64,000 nt of DNA. It comes from Bacteroidia bacterium. Lineage in GTDB: Bacteria; Bacteroidota; Bacteroidia; AKYH767-A; JBBKVM01. A program made the position numbers and the translations under genes. A model generated the notes under the pieces. It worked only from the letters and a program-made list of their open reading frames with translations. It made no database searches and was not told the DNA's origin. The stretch spans positions 1,082 through 65,081 of the forward strand of contig JBBKVM010000043.1 of NCBI GenBank assembly GCA_037968415.1. The letters run 5' to 3'. How positions within the stretch are numbered: position 1 is the stretch's first letter; each line of letters begins with the position of its first letter. Below are positions 54,401 to 62,100 of the stretch, in pieces.

Positions 54401-57400
54401 TCGAGCAGAGCGATGATGCTTTACACCAAAGCGGAATTGAATGCAGCCGGTTTGTTTGGCCCTACAGATATTTCTAAAATAGGTTTCGAAGTTGCTTTGA
54501 AAGGTAGCAATGCCCCTTACAATGGATTTACAATCAACATGGGTGCTACGGCTTTGACCGCGCTTACGGCTACGTATCCAACCACTTCGATGACAACGGT
54601 ATTCAACGGAACAGTAAGTTCAGTAACCGGATGGAACACACATAATTTCAGCACTAATTTTGCCTGGGATGGCAACTCAAACGTGTTGGTAGATATTTGC
54701 TTTACAAACACCACCACTTCCATATTCGATTTTGTGTTTGTAACACCTACAGTGGCCAGCACTTATTTGTTTGGCAATGGCGGACCCTGTGGCGTAGCTA
54801 CAGGCGTAGCCAGTGTAAACAGACCCAACACCCGATTCACAGGTGGACCGGTTAACTACTCCTGGAATCAAGCAAGTTTGCTGTCATCTACTACCATTGC
54901 AAATCCAATTGCCACTTCGAGCATATTGGGTAACAATACGTTTGTAGTGACTGTGACTGACCCGGCTAATTTGTGTTTCAATACAGCTTCGGTAAGCTAC
55001 AATGTAAGCACCACGCCTGCGCAGCCAGTTGCCACCATAACCGGTGACAATGATTTTTGCCAAAGCGGATCTACCACATTGCAAATGTCAGGCTCCACAG
55101 GAAATATACAGTGGCAGTCGTCACCTGATGGAAATGTATTTGCCAACATCCCATCAGCGAATGCAGCAACTTACAACACAGGAGTGATTACCTCCACTAC
55201 ACATTATCGTGTGGTAACTGAGTGTGGCAATAGCTCCACTTCTACTCCTGTTGTAGTGGTGATTAATGATCCACAAATTGTGAGCTCAATTGCAGCAACA
55301 CGATGTGGTTATGGTACTGTAGACCTAAGTGCAACAGCTACTGCGGGTGCCAACATCAAATGGTATGACGCACCAAGTGGTGGCGCATCATTGTTTACAG
55401 GTAATGCTTTTACAACGCCTGCCATTAATAACACCACTACATTTTATGCAGAGCCTGTACTTGGCCTTGGCGGCACTGACTCTGTTGCGGTACCTCTGGC
55501 TACAGGTTCCACCACCGGGGTATATTACCATATGTTTGTAGTAAATTCTCCAACCGGACTTACCATGTCAGGCATGGCTATCAAGTGCAATATGACCATA
55601 GGTGCATTGTCTGCATGGGACATATATTACCGACCTGATAACTATCAATTAATTCCCGGAGCCAATACTTCAGGGGCAGGTTGGATTTTACTTTCTTCAG
55701 TGACCAACGTTCCTTCACAAGGTGCTAACGAATACACGTATATGTCATTGGGATTGAATCTGACAATTCCAGCCGGAGCTACCTATTCATTTCATATTGC
55801 GCCAGCTGCCGGCACCACACACCAGTATGGGTCCACGGCATTGGGAACTGTTGTTGCCTCCAATGCAAATGCTTCCATTATTGCGGGGAATCGAGGTAGT
55901 GGTTTGTTTAACTGCACCACCACAAGCGGAATAGCAGTTGTGAAATTGCTTTATTCTGTAGGTTGCGTAGGGCCGCGTATGCCTGTTATTGCAACAGTTA
56001 CACCTCCTCCAGCGATGACGATTTCACCTGCTGTATCTATTTGCACCAACCAAACGGCAACACTAAATGTACTTAGCGGCTCGGGCGACTACACAACCTT
56101 TAACTGGTCTCCTGCCGATGGGCTGAATACAACCAGCGGTCTATCTGTGATTGCTAACCCTGCGGTAACTACTACCTATACGGTGATATCTTCTGGCGCG
56201 TCCAACAACTGTCAGAACATCGCCACTGTTACGGTGACAGTGCTGAATACCCCGGTGCCGATTGCCACATCTACTGACAATGTATTGTGTGCAGGTTCAC
56301 CCATCACCATTACAGGTGTAAACGCACCGGTTGAAAGCACTATAGGTACAGGTACCGTGTCAACATCTACCTACGGACCTATTACCAAGGCATCTGCAAC
56401 AACCACGGTTCACTACAATAGAAATTCATACCGATTCACTGCTGCCGAATTGGCCGCTGCCGGTGTGGTTAGTGGTGCACCCATTAGTACAGTGTCATGG
56501 AATAAGATCACGGCATTTACTTTTGCGGGGGCGAACACTGCTACCATGGAAATCTATCTCAAGAATTCCGCTGTTGTTGCACCTTACGTGGCAAGCACAC
56601 CTTGGTCTACTTACAACGCAGGCGCAACACTCGTAGCTACGCACATATTGAATGCAAGTAACTTCCCGGCTGTAGCTGGATGGGTGCCATTCAGCGTGAC
56701 TCCTTTTGTATATACAGGTGGCGATCTTGAAGTACAAGTAGTGTTTGCCATGAATGCACCATTGGTTTCACCATTTACAGGTGGCGCATTTAACTGGCAG
56801 TATACTTCTGGCTTACCAACAGGAATCACAGGTTATGCCAGCAGCTCAGTGGTGCAATCAGGAGCCACTACGCTTACAGTTACAACCATCCGTCCCAACA
56901 TCATGTTCACCCAATCATTTGAGTCAGGTGCATGGTCTGGTGGTGGCATTGCTGCATTGCCGTTGGTGCAAACATTTAACCCACCTGTGGGTAGCAATGT
57001 GTACACTTATACGGTTACTAATAATGTAACCGGTTGTGTGGAATCTGCTGCCATTAATGTGTTGGTGGAAGCCATACCCACACCGGTGGTAACCCAAACA
57101 GCAGGAACCAACCCGTTGTGTCTGGGAGCATCTGCTACACTTTCGTCCGGTTACAGTGATCCTTCATTCGCCTATACATGGTCTAACTTCAATAATCAGC
57201 CCGACATTACGGTATCGGCTCCGGGTAACTATTCGGTAACAGTAACCACTTCTCAAGCCGGTTGCGTGGGAGTTTCCGCTCCATTTGCCCTCAAGCGAAA
57301 TGTGCTGAGTGCTACCAGTGTGGTCACTTCTAATTACAATGGAGCGCAAGTATCATGCTTTGGCGCTTCTGATGGTTCATTTGTAATCAACGCCCAGTCG

Positions 57401-58549
57401 TTGATTGTAACGCCCCCAGTACCCAGCCCGGGACCACTCCAATACGCTGTAAATGGCGGACCTTTCCAGGCTTCAAATTCGTTTACCGGACTGCCCGCAG
57501 GCACACATTCATTTACTGTAAATGATTTGACTACCGGATGTTCTTTCACCGGAACGAGGATTATCACCAGCCCAACTCAACTATCGGTTTCCACTGTCAT
57601 CAACAACATGGTGGGTTGCAACGGCCAATCCAATGGATCAGCTACTGCCAATCCTACCGGAGGAACAGGACCCTATGCTTACATATGGAATACACCTGTA
57701 CCCAAAGAAGTGCAAACCAACAATGAGATACCGGCAGGTACCTGGACGGTAACGGTAACTGATGTTAACGGATGTACCGCTACTGCCTCGGTAACAATCA
57801 CCCAGCCCAACACCTTGACTGTATCATTAGGTGATAACCAACTGGTGGCCTATGGCACAAATGGGTTTACCGGATGCACGAATCTGGTAGCGGCAACACT
57901 TGGAGGAACCATGCCTTACGCTTATGTGTGGACCAATGTAACTTCTACTACTACTTTGCCTTCTGTTACAGGCACACAGCAAGTGTGCAATCCGGCCGGC
58001 AATACAGTCGACATTACCCAAACCTATCAGGTGGTGGTAACAGATGCCAATGGATGTACGGCTACAGCTACAGTGATCGTTTTGTTTGCCAACGTAAATT
58101 GCAGCACACCAGGCACCACCAAGATCAAGATTTGTCACGTGCCTAACGGAAATCCGGGTGGATGCAAAACACTCTGCGTAGCACCGGATTCATGGCCTGG
58201 ATTACTTGGCGGTTCACCACTCTCTTATCTTGGAAAGTGTAAGCCTAATTGTGCACAACCTGTACGTATGAACAGCGATGCGCCCGAAGGCCTTAAGACA
58301 GACCTGAACGTGTATCCAAATCCAACCACAGGTCGTGTGCGCATAGAGTACATCAGCCAGTGGAGCGAAGCGCAAAGCGTGGTAGTGATTGACTTGCAAG
58401 GAAGAGTGGTGATGGAAATACAAACAGAAAGCGAACTTGAATTCCAATCAGAACTTGACTTGTCGCATCTCAACAATGGAATTTATTTCATCAATGTGAT
58501 GAATAAAGGAGCGATGGTAATATCGGCTAAGGTGATAAAGTCTGAATAA
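48452..58549 (+). CDS. Giant T9SS-secreted surface protein/adhesin, 3365 aa (beta-helix, Ig-like and SprB-like repeats, type A C-terminal domain)
   Basis: Signal peptide ending IAQ; beta-helix ending ADIGAY; WYDAPSGG...FTTP...TTFYA Ig repeats; SprB-like GGTGPYAYIW...VTVTDVNGC; C-terminal LNVYPNPTTG...GIYFINV...KVIKSE. Confidence 0.9.
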   Translation: MKKLLTSILLGKTLVLILLMMASVSVIAQTPSYFNTNVAGGANSFPFNNATTSRKVQWFIPPNSLAGAFAGNITTVYFQAGSTITSKIYPQINISMKQGSGTGLTSIVGQPFEPGLTNVFTGINYNLATVSGQWFSFTLTAPFNYDPSQPLIVEVEHNSPSTGGPTVQQQVNIPGPGNGRQWGDYAGTSVVGIGLQQVNFGVDIIPSGPCNTSPSAGTATVAPTGAVCSGTAVSLNLVGASYGTGQTYQWQSSLTPSGPFNNVGPLLTLTPFLSTNPTSTLYYQCVVTCAPGVSTSNQLFIPVNQPLSGLYTINNTAATAGNNFNTFTEAINAVNCGVVGHVTFNVSAGQSFSEDTPPLITNSNVSNTITFQRAGAGANPVIRPTGTTGTTDAGITIFGSDYITFDGIDIQAASGNLVEFGYYVRNNTATDGAQNNTIKNCSISLDRTNLNSRGIYQNVAVTPTAATGANSNNTYLNINISNVYAGVYFLGNATNPDLNTVLSTAACGQYNLIGDPNVPNDLGNLTTTLVFGIRASNQSGFTISNNKVSNIGATTAATDGILIELFQGLCSLNNNIVNEVNRSGSSTVNVTGMRFTHSTLAGSHTLRVFNNSISNITSAYTLATATRGLRGMHVSGTGGTNAIVYEIYNNNIHLNNSAFPGISNACYEHSTSTAGPAYIIKNNIFANYTSVKTCVSIHYGFANSSSATVLGTAGTDVSNNDIFVSSDAGVTGFTAVGVSTTYNGVAAWQNANSLATANIEADPQFVNPANANLHANNLAALNGTAATYPAYITIDLDCALRDLPADIGAYNLEGCSGTPSGGSAVTSSAFICPGQDVNLTVTGQTIAAGLSYQWTSSSSMGGPYTPIANAITPGYTTDPINITTYFKLEITCTITSQTGTSSPVAVNVLAAPTATVTPAGPLAGCQGTITLTASTNAVTPSYQWKFNGNDITGATGATHVPALSGSYSVEISDQAAPTQCPNLSNSVNAVIDPAPPLLTFPTTTTICGGTSAQLNATISASGVITTPLVPNNGSAAVGFDLTNTSALPITVNFISYTSSAALGGIANTTVYYMPTALNCVFPTNPSTLPWINLGTVSAVSAGAAPALTLIPLDLNITVPPGQTYAFGFSGASVRYTNGLGGCPIIASDANINVKEGFGGTWTSSITPRNFTGSISYSFGDPNTNVTWSPSLYLNNPNITNPLATPPVGTHTYTATATGLNGCTSTASVTVNVLPVPPAPTLTAGTPTCGFGTVILSATGTGNPGSVIRWYGQPMGGSILGTGPSFVTPVISQNTLFYATEYDGVQCEGPRASLEAVSTPAPPMTLNNSLPAICDGSTASSTLSITTGNPGYSFQWSSGQTTSSITVTPASTTTYTVTATDGGCVNIATTTVGVGVTPTINNVTTSLNNFCEGNSTQLNVAAILPGFPTSQSGFAGAFGPGTWTTTNIPAGVLGSVNTSGAPASITIISGDALVAGTTRFSHPVLANGIITFNWSYTTVDGAEFDYPQYSINGVSTIMPGYSTIGLSTQSGTASIPVLVGQTFGLEMFTLDGDVGPGQVVISNIAFPLPAGSGSISYLWSPTGSLNNVAIANPIATPPFGTTLYTVVVSNSGCNTSTSISIVANPTPAAPAVQNASRCGLGPVTVGATIAGTPRWVKSNAGGQVYNVGSSTYTTNITTTTNFYVVDDPGSALTNFGPANPNVIGTPSAAFFTGNWENFNVLTANGIILDAVDVFFTGAVGSQYIIVIENNVGFPLDTIIGTTTVTGGLAQTVSIGTWLPAGTGYRIRFALNPGANRAIGSTAYPYTIPGQISWTGNNFGPDRMYFFYNWSVRTGCFSPVATVTGTVTPPPALNITAGGPATFCGSGSVQLTATNTSYVNHSWTPTAGLSPTTGNVVTATVSETTTYTVIANDGDPVNGCAASASFTVTVEPLPLVNISPVAINPVCPGTPVQLDANASSGSFKQIGNTRDFNLTEIGIYNGANVSSRAMMLYTKAELNAAGLFGPTDISKIGFEVALKGSNAPYNGFTINMGATALTALTATYPTTSMTTVFNGTVSSVTGWNTHNFSTNFAWDGNSNVLVDICFTNTTTSIFDFVFVTPTVASTYLFGNGGPCGVATGVASVNRPNTRFTGGPVNYSWNQASLLSSTTIANPIATSSILGNNTFVVTVTDPANLCFNTASVSYNVSTTPAQPVATITGDNDFCQSGSTTLQMSGSTGNIQWQSSPDGNVFANIPSANAATYNTGVITSTTHYRVVTECGNSSTSTPVVVVINDPQIVSSIAATRCGYGTVDLSATATAGANIKWYDAPSGGASLFTGNAFTTPAINNTTTFYAEPVLGLGGTDSVAVPLATGSTTGVYYHMFVVNSPTGLTMSGMAIKCNMTIGALSAWDIYYRPDNYQLIPGANTSGAGWILLSSVTNVPSQGANEYTYMSLGLNLTIPAGATYSFHIAPAAGTTHQYGSTALGTVVASNANASIIAGNRGSGLFNCTTTSGIAVVKLLYSVGCVGPRMPVIATVTPPPAMTISPAVSICTNQTATLNVLSGSGDYTTFNWSPADGLNTTSGLSVIANPAVTTTYTVISSGASNNCQNIATVTVTVLNTPVPIATSTDNVLCAGSPITITGVNAPVESTIGTGTVSTSTYGPITKASATTTVHYNRNSYRFTAAELAAAGVVSGAPISTVSWNKITAFTFAGANTATMEIYLKNSAVVAPYVASTPWSTYNAGATLVATHILNASNFPAVAGWVPFSVTPFVYTGGDLEVQVVFAMNAPLVSPFTGGAFNWQYTSGLPTGITGYASSSVVQSGATTLTVTTIRPNIMFTQSFESGAWSGGGIAALPLVQTFNPPVGSNVYTYTVTNNVTGCVESAAINVLVEAIPTPVVTQTAGTNPLCLGASATLSSGYSDPSFAYTWSNFNNQPDITVSAPGNYSVTVTTSQAGCVGVSAPFALKRNVLSATSVVTSNYNGAQVSCFGASDGSFVINAQSLIVTPPVPSPGPLQYAVNGGPFQASNSFTGLPAGTHSFTVNDLTTGCSFTGTRIITSPTQLSVSTVINNMVGCNGQSNGSATANPTGGTGPYAYIWNTPVPKEVQTNNEIPAGTWTVTVTDVNGCTATASVTITQPNTLTVSLGDNQLVAYGTNGFTGCTNLVAATLGGTMPYAYVWTNVTSTTTLPSVTGTQQVCNPAGNTVDITQTYQVVVTDANGCTATATVIVLFANVNCSTPGTTKIKICHVPNGNPGGCKTLCVAPDSWPGLLGGSPLSYLGKCKPNCAQPVRMNSDAPEGLKTDLNVYPNPTTGRVRIEYISQWSEAQSVVVIDLQGRVVMEIQTESELEFQSELDLSHLNNGIYFINVMNKGAMVISAKVIKSE

Positions 58550-58582
58550 CGAAAACAAGCCATATACCATTCTATTTAATAC

Positions 58583-58625
58583 AACCGCACCACCCTGATT
58601 CAAATCAGGGTGGTGCGGTTTTTTT
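58583..58625 (+). terminator. Strong Rho-independent terminator after the 3365-aa gene
   Basis: AACCGCACCACCCTGATT-CA-AATCAGGGTGGTGCGGTT-TTTTT. Confidence 0.92.
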
Positions 58626-58784
58626 GTTAGAGAATCCCGGGTAGCTTCTTGCCAATCAAAGCAGAACTAAACATGAGAATCCCAACTTTAGAGATCCTTT
58701 ATAAATATGCTCACCCATCAAAATGGTCCTTTTACCCAACTAAAGATAAATTTTATCAACTATTTTGTTTTTTGTAATAGATTT

Positions 58785-58804
58785 ATTTCTACATTCGATT
58801 TGCG
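58785..58804 (+). promoter_or_regulatory. Promoter block, copy 2 (-7 variant TACATTCG at 58790-58797)
   Basis: 20/20 identical to 47293-47312; TTTG tracts upstream. Confidence 0.65.
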
Positions 58805-59111
58805 ATTGGATAGAAGAGAAGGATTAGCGAGTTATTTTTAATTAAATCAGAAGTTAATCGGAGTACACAAAGAACAGATAGTAAAGTACGGACCACTATC
58901 CACGAGCAGACAAGGACTACCCCCTTTATTTCTTAGTTAACATCTTACAAATTGTGCTACCCCATGAATGCGCAACAGAGACCTTGGTGTCTCCAAAACC
59001 GGATGTATTTCTGCAAGCAAACCAACTTTGTGTGGCCTGCAGAGTCTATCATAATAGTACCAACCAATCATTATTCAAACCAGTTATTTAATTAATCTAA
59101 ATTAATCCACC
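58802..59111 (+). ncRNA. Putative structured cis-regulatory leader RNA, copy 2
   Basis: Hairpins at 58822-58859, 58877-58900, 58952-58975 and 58976-59013; invariant motifs shared with copy 1. Confidence 0.6.
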
Positions 59112-62100
59112 ATGTCAAAAACTTACACAAAATTGGCCGTCCGCACCAACAACGGAAATTATTTAAATCCGGCTGTAGTAGCTTATGGTAAAGAAAATTT
59201 GTTGCAGGAAGCAACAAGTTATGTGAAACAAAAGGGCCATGCCGTTCTTTTGTTTTTTATTGCCCTCATCATGACGGCAATGACGTTTTCAACTGCCAAT
59301 GCGCAGATTACCATCACCATAGGTGCAGGTTCCAGTATTAGTTCCGGGCAGAACGTAACCCCGTACTGTACTTTTTATCATGATGGAAGACACCAGTACA
59401 TTTTCACTCCTGCCGAAATTACTGGCGTTGGTGGATATGCAGGTAACATCACCTCACTGGCATTCAATGTACAGTCACTCGGTTCGCCTACTATGGACAA
59501 CTTCAATATTAAGTTGGGTCACACTACGCTTTCTGCGTTTGTAGCTGCAGACTTATTTGTTTCTCCTTTGAATACGGTGTATAGTGCGGCTACTTATCAG
59601 CCTGCAGCAACTGGTTTTCAAACCATCAACTTCACCATTCCCTTCACCTGGAACGGTACCGATAATTTGGTAGTTGATGTGTGTTATGACAACGGATCAT
59701 TTTCTTCCAACTTCAACGTATATCAGGATTTAGTAGTAAGTGGTAACGTAACCAAATATGCATGGGCTGACGGACAAGCCGGTTGTGTTTTTGGTGGTAA
59801 CTCCGTAATTGTACCACCAAATACATCTGCAGGTTCTAATGGTGTGACCAATCTTCGTCCCCAGGTTCAACTAGGGTTTGCAGCATCCTTTGCATGCGCA
59901 GGAACGCCTGCTCCGGGCAACGCTGTTACGACTGCATCCAATGTTTGTCCTAACGTTCCATTTAACCTTTATATTTCTAACTCTAACCTAGGCACTGGTA
60001 TGACCTACCAATGGCAGAAATCTCCTACTATTGGCGGAACCTATACCAACATAGGAGGAGCTACCAGCTCGTTCCTGAACACATCACAAACAGCCACTTC
60101 GTTCTACCGATGCATCACCACTTGTACCAACAGTGGGTTATCTGCTACAGCTACAGCTGTGGGCGTGACTTCACCTCTGCTTGTTTCTGGTACATATACA
60201 ATCAACAGCGCAGTGATAACCGGAGGTACCAACTTCCAAACGTTTGCTGATGCTGTAAACTTTATGGCATGTGGTATCAATGGTCCTGTCACTTTCAACG
60301 TTTCGGGTGGCCCATATGCACAACAAATTTTAATTCCTGATATACTTGGAGCAAGTGCAATTAACACCATCACATTCAATGGTGGAGGTGTTACTTTAAA
60401 TCCTTCCATCACCAACGCCAATCAGCGGTCAGTAATTACTTTGAATGGCGCTGATTATGTAACACTCAGTAACTTTAACATTGTACCATCTCTGGGTACC
60501 TATGGTAACGGTGTGACCTTGCATAATGGATCACATTTCAACACAATCACAGGTTGTACAATCACCAACACAATTACATCTACATCTACATTCTTTAATG
60601 GAATTGTCTTCACGAACTCAGTCACCAACCCTACAACATCCGGTGGTGTGATGAACAATAATACCATTAGCAACAATACCATTATCGGTGGATATTACCC
60701 AATCAGTATGATGGGTGATTTTACTACTCCAAGTTCCAACAATACAATTATTAACAACACCATCAGAGATGGATATTTGTATCAAAACTATATCGCTTAC
60801 CAAAACAATTTGTTGGTAAAAGGTAATGACATCAGCCGAGCCGTAAGAACTACTACCAGCACTTTCTATGGTATTTATGTGTGGGGTTCTTTAACAGCAA
60901 GTACGATTGATGCAAACCGTATACACAATGCGAATGATAATGGAACCACTCTTACAGGTACCTACTATTGTATTTGGGTAGGAATCGGAGGTACACCTGG
61001 TAATGAAAACTACGTTACCAACAATGCAATTTATGACATCAAGAACTACAATGGTACCCTTTATGGAATTTACCATAATAGTGGAGGTCACTTGAGAATA
61101 TTCCACAACTCAATTTCACTTGACAACACACTGGCAACTGGTACGGTTACAACCACCCGTGGTATCTGGATTTCTACCACCACTGCCATCAACACACAAG
61201 TGAAGAATAACATCGTCACCATCAAGCGTGGCGGAACAGGAGCCAAGCATGGTTTCTACAATTCATCAACCGGTGCGGGTAACGTAATTTCTGATAACAA
61301 CGACATATTTATAAGTGCACCAGCTCCTGCTAACTTTGGTTACTGGGGTGCCGACCGTGCTACTTTGGCTGCATGGCAAACAGCCAGTGGACAGGATGCA
61401 AACTCATACTCTGCAGATCCATTGTTTACCAATGCCAACCTTGGCAACATGCTTCCGCTCAACGCGGTGTTGAACAACGCGGGTGCGCCTGCTGGCGTGG
61501 CATTTGACTTGTTGGGCACTGCACGCAGCGCCACACAGCCCGATATTGGTGCCATCGAATTTGCAGTTGCCGGTCTTGATGCGGGCATCAACTGGGTGGC
61601 TCCTGTGAACCCTGTGGGCGCAGGTCCTGCTACGGTAATTGTAAACATTGCCAATACTCAAACCACATTGATCAATTCTGTGACTATCACCTATACAGAT
61701 GGACTTACTCCGGTTCAGCAAACCTTTACAGGATTGGGACTTGCAGGTGGAGCCAATACCAACTTATCATTCACTACACCATTTGTAATATCAGGTATCC
61801 ATTCATTATCGGCTACCATCAATACCGTTAACGGTATTGCTGATGATGTGGCCGGTAATAACTTTACCTCTCCAATTACAGTTTGCCCTGCTTTAATGGG
61901 AGCTTATACCATCAACGCAGGCAGTGCGGCAAGTGCCACTAACTTTACCAGCTTCACTACTGCGGTAGCCGCTATGGCCAATTGCGGAATTGCGGGCCCG
62001 GTAACGTTTAACGTGATTGCTGCCAGCGGACCTTACAATGAGCAAATCACCATTCCTGTAATAGTAGGCACAAGTGGCATAAACACCATTACTTTTAATG

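Larger units (their letters stand above)
58713..59258 (+). repeat. Copy 2 of the diverged ~540-bp promoter/leader cassette
   Basis: Colinear blocks with 47222-47758. Confidence 0.9.
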
